DNA of 37,272 nt from NCBI GenBank assembly GCA_017522905.1, contig JAFWXY010000065.1, forward strand, positions 1 to 37,272, in the 5' to 3' direction. Below, in pieces: positions 10,168 through 19,631 of this stretch. Positions within the stretch are counted from its first letter, which is position 1. The number at the start of each line of letters is the position of its first letter. The translations under genes and the position numbers were made by a program. The DNA comes from Clostridia bacterium. Its GTDB lineage: Bacteria > Bacillota > Clostridia > Oscillospirales > CAG-272. Under the pieces are notes generated by a model that worked only from the letters and a program-made list of their open reading frames with translations, was not told where the DNA came from and did not search any database.

Positions 10168-10744
10168 AAAGAAAAAAAAGGAGCTTCAGGCTCTGCTTTC
10201 GCAGTATATCGAGGGAATTGAAATACTCTCTCTTGACGATGTAGGCATTTACGGCGAGATAGAGGAGGATGGAGAGACCTTTGATGAGAACGCCTTGATA
10301 AAGGCGCGCACCGCGGCAGAGTCGGGCTACATCGGAGTCGGCGACGACTCGGGCCTTGAGGTCGATGCGCTCGGCGGCGCTCCCGGGGTTTACTCCGCAA
10401 GATATGCGGGCGGACACGGCGATGACGAGGCAAATAATGAATATCTCCTTAAAAATCTTGAGGGAGTGAGCGACAGACGCGCGAGATTCGTCTCTTGCAT
10501 TGCTTGTGTTTTTCCCGAGAGATATAATGTTGAGCCTTTTACGGTAAGAGGCAAAGTGGAGGGAGAGATCCTTTGCGAGAGACACGGAAACGGTGGATTT
10601 GGTTACGATCCGCTTTTCTACTATGCACCCTTTGATAAGACCTTAGCCGAGGTAACACAGGAAGAAAAAAACAGCGTAAGCCACAGGGCTAACGCTATAA
10701 AGCTTTTTGCAGAAAAGCTTAGAACACTTAATATTGAGGAATAA
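10139..10744 (+). CDS. rdgB: Non-canonical purine NTP pyrophosphatase (RdgB/HAM1)
   Basis: MKIVLASRN, ENALIKA, DDSGL, PGVYSARY, GFGYDP, KNSVSHR. Confidence 0.95.
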   Translation: MKIVLASRNKKKKKELQALLSQYIEGIEILSLDDVGIYGEIEEDGETFDENALIKARTAAESGYIGVGDDSGLEVDALGGAPGVYSARYAGGHGDDEANNEYLLKNLEGVSDRRARFVSCIACVFPERYNVEPFTVRGKVEGEILCERHGNGGFGYDPLFYYAPFDKTLAEVTQEEKNSVSHRANAIKLFAEKLRTLNIEE

Positions 10745-10748
10745 ATAA

Positions 10749-11042
10749 ATGATTACATCAAAACAGAGAGCATATTTGCGCGGACTTGGAGCATCTTGTC
10801 CCGCTATAATGCAGGTAGGCAAGGGCGGAGTTTCCGAGAATCTTATAAAGACTGTTTCGGACGCGCTTGAGGCACGCGAGATTGTAAAGCTTTCGGTGCT
10901 TGAAAACTGCGGCGAGTCTCCCCGCGAGGTGCTTGATAAGCTTTGCGAGGCACTCGGAGCAGAGGGTGTTGCTTGCGTCGGTAAAAAGATAGTTCTGTAT
11001 CGCGAATCAACTGATAAAAAAACTATAATACTTCCGAGGTAA
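10749..11042 (+). CDS. yhbY: CRM-domain RNA-binding protein YhbY
   Basis: TSKQRAYLR, QVGKGG, GKKIVLYR. Upstream of nadD. Confidence 0.93.
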   Translation: MITSKQRAYLRGLGASCPAIMQVGKGGVSENLIKTVSDALEAREIVKLSVLENCGESPREVLDKLCEALGAEGVACVGKKIVLYRESTDKKTIILPR

Positions 11043-11043
11043 T

Positions 11044-11646
11044 ATGCTTAGAGTAGGAGTATACGGAGGAGCATTTTCTCCGATTCACAAAGGACACGTA
11101 GAGGCTGCAAAGGCATTTATGCGACAGATGTGGCTTGACGTGCTATTCGTTATACCGACTGGTCTGAGTCCGCACAAGGAGATGGATAATTCGGCAAGTG
11201 CCGAGGACCGCATGGAGATGTGCAGACTTGCATTCCGTGACGTTGAGGGCGTGATAGTAAGCGACATTGAGATAAAAAGAGACGGCAAGAGCTATTCTAT
11301 TGACACTCTTCGTCATATGTCGTGTGAGGATCAGAGACTCTTTATGCTCTGCGGTACCGATATGATGCTCACTCTTGGAGATTGGGATGATGCGGATGAG
11401 ATATTCAAGCTCTGCTATCCCGTATATATCCGCAGAGAAGAGGATCGCGCGCTGGACGCCAAAATAATTGAGAAGAACACCGAGTATTTCGAGAAATACG
11501 GCAAATACGTAATAAAGCTTGATTCTCCCGTCATAGATATTTCTTCAACAGAGCTTAGGGCTAAAATGAAGAACGGGGAGGATGTCTCGGCTTACGTTGA
11601 TGCTGAGGTCTTGAGATACATTCAAGAGAAGGGACTTTATCAATGA
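11044..11646 (+). CDS. nadD: Nicotinate-nucleotide adenylyltransferase
   Basis: GGAFSPIHKGH, SYSIDT, ISSTELR. Confidence 0.93.
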   Translation: MLRVGVYGGAFSPIHKGHVEAAKAFMRQMWLDVLFVIPTGLSPHKEMDNSASAEDRMEMCRLAFRDVEGVIVSDIEIKRDGKSYSIDTLRHMSCEDQRLFMLCGTDMMLTLGDWDDADEIFKLCYPVYIRREEDRALDAKIIEKNTEYFEKYGKYVIKLDSPVIDISSTELRAKMKNGEDVSAYVDAEVLRYIQEKGLYQ

Positions 11647-12272
11647 GCAAAATTAACGTAACCGAAAAGATGCTCTCCGCGCTCAGAGAGGATATATCGT
11701 CAAGAATGTCTGAAAGACGACTTCTCCATACCCTTGGGGTTGAGGAGATGGCGGCAAGGATAGGGGAGATATATTGCCCCGAGAAGGTAAATATGCTCAG
11801 AGCGGCGGCGCTTTTGCACGATATTACCAAGGAATTGACGCCTCCCGAGCAAAAGGAGATAGTAGAGAGACATGATCTTGAGATGAGCCGTGACATGCAA
11901 GAGGCTCCTTCAACCCAGCATGCCTTCACTGCGTCACTTGTGATCCCCGAGCTTTATCCTGATTTTGCAGATGAGGAGATAATAGACGCGGTGAAATATC
12001 ACACTACGGGAAGGGCGGATATGACGCTTTCCGAGAAGATAATCTACCTCTCGGACTACATCGACTGCACACGCACCTATCCCGATTGCGTGGAGCTGCG
12101 AGATGTTTTCTGGGGCAGAGACGTTAAGAACATGACCGAGTCTGAGAGACTTGCGCATCTTGATACGGTAATGCTTCGCTCATTTGATCTGACTATTGCC
12201 GATCTGAAGGCAAGAAATAAGAATATAAGCCGTGAGACGGCAGAGGCAAGAGAAAGCCTCAGTAAAAAATAA
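11643..12272 (+). CDS. yqeK: HD-domain Ap4A hydrolase YqeK
   Basis: RLLHT, LLHDITKE, YHTTG, SDYI. Between nadD and rsfS. Confidence 0.9.
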   Translation: MSKINVTEKMLSALREDISSRMSERRLLHTLGVEEMAARIGEIYCPEKVNMLRAAALLHDITKELTPPEQKEIVERHDLEMSRDMQEAPSTQHAFTASLVIPELYPDFADEEIIDAVKYHTTGRADMTLSEKIIYLSDYIDCTRTYPDCVELRDVFWGRDVKNMTESERLAHLDTVMLRSFDLTIADLKARNKNISRETAEARESLSKK

Positions 12273-12290
12273 ACGCGTAAAGATAAGGAA

Positions 12291-12674
12291 ATGAACATGG
12301 AAGAGAACAGACAGGAAGTAAGATCTCTCACAGATGCCTCGCCCGAGGTGCTCGCAGAGGCTATTGCAGAGATACTTGATAACAAAAAGGCAAAGGATGT
12401 AAAGGTGATCAAGGTTGGCGACAAGACAGTTATCGCAGACTATTTCGTGCTTGCAAACGGTAATTCCTCTACTCAGGTTCGCGCACTTGCGGATGAGGTG
12501 GAGTACAAGCTTTCGCAGGCGGGCATTGACACATTAAGAAGTGACGGCGGCTCGGGAAGCTCTTGGAGAGTGCTTGACTACGCATGCGTTATAGTTCACG
12601 TATTCGACCGCGAGGCAAGAGAGTTTTACAAGCTTGATAAGCTCTATACAGAATTTAATTTTGACGAAGAATAA
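12291..12674 (+). CDS. rsfS: Ribosome silencing factor RsfS
   Basis: KKAKDV, IADYFV, WRVLDY, VHVF, REFYKLDKL. Confidence 0.95.
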   Translation: MNMEENRQEVRSLTDASPEVLAEAIAEILDNKKAKDVKVIKVGDKTVIADYFVLANGNSSTQVRALADEVEYKLSQAGIDTLRSDGGSGSSWRVLDYACVIVHVFDREAREFYKLDKLYTEFNFDEE

Positions 12675-12678
12675 AATT

Positions 12679-12707
12679 AAAAGCACCGACGGTACGTCGG
12701 TGCTTTC
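12679..12707. terminator. Bidirectional intrinsic terminator
   Basis: AAAGCACCGAC-ggtac-GTCGGTGCTTT between convergent genes. Confidence 0.8.
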
Positions 12708-12718
12708 GTTATGTAATT

Positions 12719-13528
12719 TTATCTTGAAAATATCATTCCGATTCCGCGCAATAATATCGCAATTATGAGCAACGCCAGCAAAAAAAGAACCGAAATTGAG
12801 AGAATAGCCGCTATGGCAAATCCACACGAAGCAATGGCGTCGGTCACTATATGGAATGCATCAGGTGATATAAGATATATCAATCCATCAATCAAGAACA
12901 TAATGACCGTAATAAAGGCTAATCCTCGAAGACCGCTTTTGATATCGGATCCGCTCATTTCCATGTGTGTTGATATCATGAATGCAAGAATAACAAACAG
13001 CCATCCCTGCCAATCCGAAAAATTCTCGGCAGAAAAAATTGCCGTTATCGATGCCCAAATAAATGTGAAGAACTTCGCCAGCGGCATAGCTCCAACCTGG
13101 GCTTCACATAATATCTTGATTTCAAGCGCGATCATATCAAATGCATCGGGCAGAAGAATGGCAAGAAGTAAAATAACTACACCACCGCTGATCAATACGG
13201 GCGCAACTCCGACAAAAAAGTTACCTATTTGATGGTAGATATTCTTTTTGTTGTAGGTGTGGCTGACGTAGCCGAGCGCACCGTCCTCCGATTTTGGATT
13301 ATAAAGCTTTATGTCTGTTATTTTATGCCCGAATAAAAGGCACATCAAGGCATGGCTAAGCTCGTGGATAGGTGTTCCGATAATTCCGGTTGCCAAAAGA
13401 ATTACAGGTCCCGATCTACCCATAAGATTGCAAAAGCCTCGGCGCAATAGCGATATCAACCAACCGAATATAAAGATGATGCCTGCGGTAAAGAGAAGCT
13501 GGGTAAAAAATCCTGATAAAAAGTTCAT
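12719..13528 (-). CDS. Membrane zinc metalloprotease-like protein (M50B-like)
   Basis: GTPIHELSH (HExxH), GYV, FFVGVAP, several TM segments. ATG 13528 chosen; GTG 13534 is possible. Confidence 0.7.
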   Translation of the reverse strand: MNFLSGFFTQLLFTAGIIFIFGWLISLLRRGFCNLMGRSGPVILLATGIIGTPIHELSHALMCLLFGHKITDIKLYNPKSEDGALGYVSHTYNKKNIYHQIGNFFVGVAPVLISGGVVILLLAILLPDAFDMIALEIKILCEAQVGAMPLAKFFTFIWASITAIFSAENFSDWQGWLFVILAFMISTHMEMSGSDIKSGLRGLAFITVIMFLIDGLIYLISPDAFHIVTDAIASCGFAIAAILSISVLFLLALLIIAILLRGIGMIFSR

Positions 13529-13537
13529 ACGCACCCC

Positions 13538-14260
13538 TCAATTATCCAAATAAGCTTCAATTGCTTTTAAGTCGTCTCTTGTAAGTGAATACTTTATCTC
13601 TTTTTCTTCATTATGATAGATCAAAAGACTGCCATAGGGCTTCTCGTCGTAGTTTACGTCCCCTACGTAGTAGAAGTCGGCATAAACTGCTATAACAGTA
13701 TCGTCTATCTTGATATCGTCAAAGACAAATTTTCTGTAGTTGTAAAGTGTCTTTTTTGCAGACACCATATCGCTTGCAAAGAATCTCTCGTATGCTACCG
13801 CCTCGGGAGTTTTGCCGTCGTTATCCTCGGTATTCTCGGGGGTGAGATCGTACATTATAGTCAATGTGACGTCGTATACATGGTCGTCGCGCGAGGGAAT
13901 CTCCGAGAGATTGTAGTCCTGCTTTGTGTATTTAAGCGTACTGTTGTTGTACCTGAGAACGAACTGAACCTGATCGATCTCGCGGATGATAAGAGACTGC
14001 GTTACCGCAAAATAACCGTAATTGTTCTCGCCCCTTGTGAATATGGTGTGCTCTTGCGTAAACATATCAAGCGCAGAGCCCTTTTCATCATATGCGGCTG
14101 CAAGACGGTCGTTTGCGATGATCGTATTCATCTCCTTGGGGTCAATGTTACTGTCAATTATTCTGAAGAGTAAAAGTATAACCAGCGCGGCGATGAGCAA
14201 CAGGCAAATGCCCTTGAAAATAAATCCCGCTATACGCCATTTGTATTTTCCGTAAGCCAA
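13538..14260 (-). CDS. Hypothetical membrane-anchored protein
   Basis: TTG start with AAGGAG SD. N-terminal TM helix then a soluble domain. Tight operon spacing. Confidence 0.8.
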   Translation of the reverse strand: MAYGKYKWRIAGFIFKGICLLLIAALVILLLFRIIDSNIDPKEMNTIIANDRLAAAYDEKGSALDMFTQEHTIFTRGENNYGYFAVTQSLIIREIDQVQFVLRYNNSTLKYTKQDYNLSEIPSRDDHVYDVTLTIMYDLTPENTEDNDGKTPEAVAYERFFASDMVSAKKTLYNYRKFVFDDIKIDDTVIAVYADFYYVGDVNYDEKPYGSLLIYHNEEKEIKYSLTRDDLKAIEAYLDN

Positions 14261-14272
14261 ACTTTTTCTCCT

Positions 14273-14734
14273 TTACTGCATATTTTTAAGTCTGTCAAGC
14301 GCGTTTTGAAGAATGATCTGCGCCGAGAGGGTATCAATAACGTTTTTTCTCTTCTGCCCGCGCGTGTCGGTCTCGTTGAGGTAGCGTGACGCCGCCATAG
14401 TGGTCATACGCTCGTCCATCATAACGATTGGCATGTCCATGCCGCATTCGGAAAGCTTTACTCCGAGGATGGAAGCGAATTTCTGCGCGTGCTCTGCACG
14501 GGGGCCGAGAGAGCCGTTCATGTTTACAGGAAGTCCTACGATTATGCCGCCCGTGACGTTCTCGGTCTTAATGATCTCGCAGATCTTTTCTGCGGTTTTC
14601 TGCATTCCGCCTACGCTGATCTGTCCTATTCCGGACGCGAGAAATCTTGTTTTATCGGACACGGCGAGACCCGTGCGCTTGTCGCCGAAGTCGACACCGA
14701 GAATCTTGCCCTGTGTTTCCTTTAATCTTTGCAT
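14273..14734 (-). CDS. ruvX: RuvX/YqgF family nuclease
   Basis: LGVDFGDKRTGLAVSD, VGLP, DERMTT, IDTLSAQIILQ. Confidence 0.95.
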   Translation of the reverse strand: MQRLKETQGKILGVDFGDKRTGLAVSDKTRFLASGIGQISVGGMQKTAEKICEIIKTENVTGGIIVGLPVNMNGSLGPRAEHAQKFASILGVKLSECGMDMPIVMMDERMTTMAASRYLNETDTRGQKRKNVIDTLSAQIILQNALDRLKNMQ

Positions 14735-14748
14735 TTATATCTCCAAAA

Positions 14749-15084
14749 TCAGAATTTGAATTCAGCCGAGGTCAGCTTGATAAGCAGCTTTAGGCTGTCA
14801 GGCTGCTCCTTAGCCTCGTGCGCCGCCTTGTTTCGGTGTATCTCGCCGCAGCCTGTGCATTTGTGAATGATTATGTAGCCCTTTTTCGGGTCGGTTATTA
14901 CCTTGACGGGCTCCATGGGAGCCTGGCACTCGCAGGCGCGGTCACCGGGGTTTATGTCGAGGTGAAGCGACCAGAGGCAAAAGGGGCAGTGGTTTCGGGA
15001 GGTATAGCCAAGGGGCTTTACTTCCTTGCCGCAATGGGCGCAGACAAAGCCATTATCATTTTTAGAAAATCTTTTGCTTTCCAT
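14749..15084 (-). CDS. RNHCP-domain protein
   Basis: Literal RNHCPFCLWS motif, PGDRA, CxxC pairs. Start moved to ATG 15084 behind GGAGG. Confidence 0.9.
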   Translation of the reverse strand: MESKRFSKNDNGFVCAHCGKEVKPLGYTSRNHCPFCLWSLHLDINPGDRACECQAPMEPVKVITDPKKGYIIIHKCTGCGEIHRNKAAHEAKEQPDSLKLLIKLTSAEFKF

Positions 15085-15119
15085 AAAATCCTCCCTCAAG
15101 CGCAAACTAATACATTATA

Positions 15120-15148
15120 ATTATATACTTTTTTTACCTTAAAGTCAA
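15120..15148 (-). promoter_or_regulatory. Sigma-A promoter of the RNHCP-ruvX operon
   Basis: TTGACT-17 bp-TATAAT on - strand. Confidence 0.75.
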
Positions 15149-15187
15149 GATGAAAATAAAATAACGGCATAGACAAACAATATAGCG

Positions 15188-15218
15188 AAAAAAAGGGGAA
15201 AGCCAAAGGCCTTCCCCT
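15188..15218 (-). terminator. Intrinsic terminator after pheST-DUF896
   Basis: AGGGGAAGGC-cttt-GGCTTTCCCC-type stem followed by a T run on - strand. Confidence 0.8.
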
Positions 15219-15224
15219 AAAATA

Positions 15225-15437
15225 TTATTGCTTCTTCAAGCTCTTTTTGCTTCCGTCGGGATACTGGATGACGGTGTTATCAAGCTGGGCGCGGAAGTTT
15301 TTGCGGAATTCTGCGATAAACTCTGCGCGGAGTCTGTCGCGGTCTGCAAGCTCCTCGGCAGTGAGTGTTTCTCCTGCCTTGATCCTGCGCGCGTACTCGT
15401 TGAGCTTTTTAGTTCTTTCTGTTACGATTTCTCCCAT
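15225..15437 (-). CDS. DUF896 (YnzC-like) small protein
   Basis: LNEYARR..LTAEE..R..LR.EFI..FR..F..QLDNT pattern. Start uncertain (15437 or 15446). Confidence 0.85.
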   Translation of the reverse strand: MGEIVTERTKKLNEYARRIKAGETLTAEELADRDRLRAEFIAEFRKNFRAQLDNTVIQYPDGSKKSLKKQ

Positions 15438-15442
15438 GTCGA

Positions 15443-17842
15443 TCAACCTCTGATATTCAGACCAAGCTTGAAAGCGAGATCCTTTATGATCTTGTTCGAC
15501 ACCTTATCTGCTTCCTCAACGGTAAGGGTACGGTCGGGAGCGCGAAGGATCACGCGGAATGCAACGCTCTTCTTGTCTGCGCCGATCTTTTCGCCGCGGA
15601 ATACATCAAAGAGCTTGACTCCCTCGCAAAGCTTGCCTGCCGCCTTTGCCATTACCTCTTCAATAGCTCCAACCTCGAGGGATTCGTCGCAAATGAAGGA
15701 GAAGTCACGGGAAACCGCAGGGAACTTGGGAAGGGGCTTGTAGTCGATGGTCATATCCGAATTATCGAATATAGCATCAAATGAGAGCTCTGCGGCGTAA
15801 ATCGCAGTGTCAACACCGTAATTCTTGGCGGTAAGAGGATGGATCTGACCGAATACGCCAAGCTCTGCACCATTAGCGCAAACCACTTTAGCACATCTGC
15901 CGGGGTGGTATGCCGCGTCCTCGGAGTAAGCAACGAACTTAGCATCCTTGATTCCTGCTGACTCGAGGATATTCTCGATGACGCCCTTGAGTGTGTAGAA
16001 GTCCTCGCCCTTACCGTAAGCGGCAAGTGTAAGAACCTTGTTCTCCTTGGGGAGCTCCTCGATATTCTCGGAGGGAATATAGGTTGCCGCCATCTCGAAG
16101 AGGCGAACGTCCTCGTTGGAAAAGTTGATGTTTCTGGCAACCACCTCAAGCATAGAGGGTAGCGTAGTTGTTCTCATTACGCTGGTGTCCTCGCCGAGAG
16201 GATTGCTGATAACTACAGAGCGGCGGAGAGGTGAATTTGCATCCATTCGCACCTTGTCGTAGTACTTGGGACTGATGAAGGAGAAGGTCTGGATCTGGTC
16301 AAAGCCCATTCCGTAGAGCATATACTCAGAATCAACCTCGTACTGCTGCTTGGGTGTTCTGCCACCCTGCGTTGTCTCTGCATAGATGCAGGTGGACTTT
16401 ATATTATTGTAGCCGTAGATACGGATGATCTCCTCTGCTACGTCCTGCATACAGGTCAGATCGTGTCTGAAGGAGGGAACGATGATACTGTCGCCCTCGA
16501 TCTTGCACTCAAGACGCTCAAGCACGCTTACCATATACTCACGGGAGAGATCAACACCAAGGAACCTGTTAATCTTCTCAACCTCAAGGGGAAGAACAAC
16601 AGTTTCGGGCTTTGTGGGGTAAACGTCGATAAGACCGTCAACCACCTCACCTGCGCCAAGCATCTGAACGAGCTCACAGGCGCGGAGAAGACCGCCGATG
16701 CAGTTTTCGGGGTCAAGACCCTTTTCAAAGCGAGAGGAGGACTCTGTTCTCATGCCGTTCTTCTTTGCGGTAACGCGGACGGAGGGGCCGTCGAAGCAAG
16801 CGGACTCAAATACAACAGTAGCGGTTGTGTCCTTGATCTCACTGTTCGCACCGCCCATAACACCTGCAAGCGCGCAGGCCTTCTTTTCGTCTGCGATGAC
16901 GAGCATGGAGTAATCAAGTGTGTGATCCTTGTCGTCAAGGGACTTGAAGAGCTCGCCGTCAAGAGCGCGGCGAACGTTGATAGCAGAGCCTGAGAGCATA
17001 GCGTAGTCAAACGCGTGCATGGGCTGACCGTACTCAAGCATTACGTAGTTTGTAATGTCAACGATATTATTTATCGGGCGAACACCTGCGGCGCGGAGTC
17101 TCATGCGGAGCCAGAGCGGAGAGGGAGCGATCTTAACGTTTTTGATAACCTTAGCCGCATAACGGAAGCAGAGATCGCTGTCGCTGATCTTAACGGAGAG
17201 GTAATTGTCTATCTTGTCGCCGTCGTTCAAGTCATTTAGAATGGGAGTGGGGATAGAGAGAGGCTTATCGAAGCTGATTGCAGTCTCGCGTGCAAGACCG
17301 ATAACGGAAAGACAGTCGGGGCGGTTGGAGGTGATCTCAAACTCAACGACCGTATCGTTAAGCATAAGAGCTTCCTTGATATCCATACCGATCTTGTCTT
17401 CGTATTCCTTGCCAAGAATGAGAATTCCGTCCTCGCAAGCCTCGGGCATATCGTGGAGAGTGAGATTGAGCTCGGCAATAGAGCAGAGCATACCGTTAGA
17501 CTCAACGCCGCGGAGTTTGCCTGCCTTGATTGTAACGTCACCGGGGAGATGTGCTACGGGAATAGCCGCGGGAACGATGTCACCCTCGTGTACGTTCTGT
17601 GCGCCTGTAACTATCTGAGTTACCTCGCTACCGATATCGATCTGGCAGATCCAGAGATGGTCGGAGTTGGGGTGACGCTCCATAGAAACGACCTTGCCTA
17701 CTACAACGTTCTGGATATCCTCACCGAGGACCTCGTAGCCCTCGACCTTAGAGCCGGTGTCGGTCATTCTGTCGCAGTATTCTTTTGTGGTAATACCGTC
17801 GGTGTTTGTAAAATCATGTAACCATTTAAGTGAAAGATTCAT
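15443..17842 (-). CDS. pheT: Phenylalanine-tRNA ligase beta subunit
   Basis: Start moved to ATG 17842 (MNLSLKWL) with AAGGAG SD. HPNSDHL, SNRPD, RFEKG, C-terminal FDX-ACB domain. Confidence 0.97.
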   Translation of the reverse strand: MNLSLKWLHDFTNTDGITTKEYCDRMTDTGSKVEGYEVLGEDIQNVVVGKVVSMERHPNSDHLWICQIDIGSEVTQIVTGAQNVHEGDIVPAAIPVAHLPGDVTIKAGKLRGVESNGMLCSIAELNLTLHDMPEACEDGILILGKEYEDKIGMDIKEALMLNDTVVEFEITSNRPDCLSVIGLARETAISFDKPLSIPTPILNDLNDGDKIDNYLSVKISDSDLCFRYAAKVIKNVKIAPSPLWLRMRLRAAGVRPINNIVDITNYVMLEYGQPMHAFDYAMLSGSAINVRRALDGELFKSLDDKDHTLDYSMLVIADEKKACALAGVMGGANSEIKDTTATVVFESACFDGPSVRVTAKKNGMRTESSSRFEKGLDPENCIGGLLRACELVQMLGAGEVVDGLIDVYPTKPETVVLPLEVEKINRFLGVDLSREYMVSVLERLECKIEGDSIIVPSFRHDLTCMQDVAEEIIRIYGYNNIKSTCIYAETTQGGRTPKQQYEVDSEYMLYGMGFDQIQTFSFISPKYYDKVRMDANSPLRRSVVISNPLGEDTSVMRTTTLPSMLEVVARNINFSNEDVRLFEMAATYIPSENIEELPKENKVLTLAAYGKGEDFYTLKGVIENILESAGIKDAKFVAYSEDAAYHPGRCAKVVCANGAELGVFGQIHPLTAKNYGVDTAIYAAELSFDAIFDNSDMTIDYKPLPKFPAVSRDFSFICDESLEVGAIEEVMAKAAGKLCEGVKLFDVFRGEKIGADKKSVAFRVILRAPDRTLTVEEADKVSNKIIKDLAFKLGLNIRG

Positions 17843-17861
17843 ATTATAACCGACTCCTTTC

Positions 17862-18884
17862 TTAAAACTGTTCAATGAAACGAACGTCATTCTCATAGAA
17901 ATGACGGATATCGTCAATGTGGTACTTGAGCATTGCAATTCTCTCAACACCCATGCCGAATGCAAAGCCGCTGTATTCCTCGGGATCGATTCCGCAGTTG
18001 CGAAGCACGTTAGGGTGAACCATTCCCGCACCGAGAATTTCTATCCAGCCCTCGCCCTTGCAAAGACGGCAGCCCTTTCCTCCGCACATAAAGCAGGAGA
18101 TATCTACCTCAGCAGAGGGCTCTGTGAAGGGGAAGTGGTGGGGACGGAAGCGGATACGTGTATCCTCGCCGAACTCGGTCTTTGCAAACGTCTCAAGCAT
18201 ACCCTTAAGGTCGCCCATGGTAATGCCCTTATCCACTACAAGACCCTCCATCTGGTGGAAGAGGGGAGAGTGAGTTGCGTCCATAGCGTCACTTCTGTAA
18301 ACGCGGCCGGGGGAGATGATGCGGATCGGGGGCTTCTGAGCTTCCATTACTCTTGCCTGAACGGGAGAGGTCTGGGAGCGGAGAAGAATCTTATCTGTAA
18401 TGTAGAATGTATCCTGAGTATCACGCGCGGGGTGATTTTCGGGAATGTTGAGTGCCTGGAAGTTGTAGTAATCGTACTCAACCTCAGGTCCCTCTGCGAT
18501 AGAGAAGCCCATGCCGATAAATATCTCCTCCATGTCTCTCTGTACGAGAGTGAGGGGATGACGGTGACCTACCTTTTCCTTTTTTCCCGGAACGGTAACG
18601 TCAAGCTTTTCGGAGAGAAGCTGGGCGTCAAGAGCGCTTGCCGCTAAAGCAGTCTTCTTTTCGGTGAGGGCAGACTCGATCTCTGCTCTTACCTCGTTTG
18701 CCATCTGACCAACGATAGGTCTTTCCTCGGGAGAAAGCTGACCCATTCCGCGGAGGACCGCGGTGAGCTCACCCTTTTTTCCGAGATACTTGATACGAAG
18801 AGCCTCAAGGGCCGCATCGTCGGTATCGGGAGAAGCGATAATAGAAAGCGCCTCTTCCTTTATGCGATTTAAGGTATCCTTCAT
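17862..18884 (-). CDS. pheS: Phenylalanine-tRNA ligase alpha subunit
   Basis: [27 protein letters not shown]. Confidence 0.98.
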   Translation of the reverse strand: MKDTLNRIKEEALSIIASPDTDDAALEALRIKYLGKKGELTAVLRGMGQLSPEERPIVGQMANEVRAEIESALTEKKTALAASALDAQLLSEKLDVTVPGKKEKVGHRHPLTLVQRDMEEIFIGMGFSIAEGPEVEYDYYNFQALNIPENHPARDTQDTFYITDKILLRSQTSPVQARVMEAQKPPIRIISPGRVYRSDAMDATHSPLFHQMEGLVVDKGITMGDLKGMLETFAKTEFGEDTRIRFRPHHFPFTEPSAEVDISCFMCGGKGCRLCKGEGWIEILGAGMVHPNVLRNCGIDPEEYSGFAFGMGVERIAMLKYHIDDIRHFYENDVRFIEQF

Positions 18885-18924
18885 TTTTTGAAATTCCTTT
18901 CAAATATATAGAATATAATTTTAA

Positions 18925-19200
18925 ACAAAATAAAAGTCCCGAATCCATTTCCGGATTCGGGACGGAAAAACTTTTTTCCGCGGTACCACCCGCATTTTGA
19001 CTTTGCATAGCTACAAAGCCAACACTTTGCCTGACGAATAACGGTGTCAATTCCGTGCAGGGCTAATCACCGAGGATTCGATTTTGACCCGACCGGCTCC
19101 GAAGGGAAATGCCACACCTTTGCAAATATCTGCTCACACCAACCGCAGACTCTCTGAAAATTACCTTAAAGAGGGCTGACTTCATCATAGCCTTTCATAT
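18925..19200 (-). ncRNA. T-box riboswitch (Phe) with terminator
   Basis: AGAGA and GGTGTGA stem-I motifs, specifier UUC (19108-19106), T-box GGGTGGTACCGCG (near 18979-18991), terminator GTCCCGAATCC/GGATTCGGGAC (18936-18963) plus T tract. Confidence 0.93.
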
Positions 19201-19211
19201 TCAACTTATAT

Positions 19212-19240
19212 ATTATAACATTTTATAACCTTTTTCGCAA
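19212..19240 (-). promoter_or_regulatory. Sigma-A promoter of the pheS leader
   Basis: TTGCGA-17 bp-TATAAT with TG extension. Confidence 0.7.
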
Positions 19241-19302
19241 GTGTGCTTTTTACAAAATTACAGCCTTTGCTGCAAGGGTTATTTATTGAAAATGCACAAA
19301 AA

Positions 19303-19611
19303 TCAAAGTATTCCAAAGTGGAAAAGTAGGTAAACGATGCCCGCCTGAGCAATCATGATAAGCGGAATGCCGAGCATGAACTTTACGTGCTTTGTCTTGT
19401 GGCGGATAATGAGCATCGTTACGAACATCGCAACGCTGCCGCCGAGAGCGGAGAGGAGAAGCAGTGTTTTCTCGGGCGTGCGAAGCTCAACGCGGTTCTT
19501 TTTTGATATCTTCTTGTCGTAAATGCACACGACGATAGAAATAATCGAAATTATGGCAACGTATGCCAAAAATATCGACAAGATGGGTTTTTCCAAAATA
19601 AAAATAGGCAT
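19303..19611 (-). CDS. DUF1294 membrane protein
   Basis: YDK..S....RTPEKTL...ALGGS....IRHKTK..KF..GIP. Confidence 0.9.
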   Translation of the reverse strand: MPIFILEKPILSIFLAYVAIISIISIVVCIYDKKISKKNRVELRTPEKTLLLLSALGGSVAMFVTMLIIRHKTKHVKFMLGIPLIMIAQAGIVYLLFHFGIL

Positions 19612-19631
19612 GTTTATTCTCCGATCAAAGA

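Noticed and set aside
10163-10181. A-rich run encoding KKKKK in rdgB as a slippage or phase-variation site
   Set aside because: The frame is intact, the longest pure run is 8 A, and it also serves as the stop region of the overlapping gene.
17843-18031. Track's N-terminal extension of PheT, and similar extensions of PlsX, the SBP, LMW-PTP, the repressor and bS21
   Set aside because: They overlap upstream genes or promoters. Downstream ATGs have proper SDs and family-typical N-termini.
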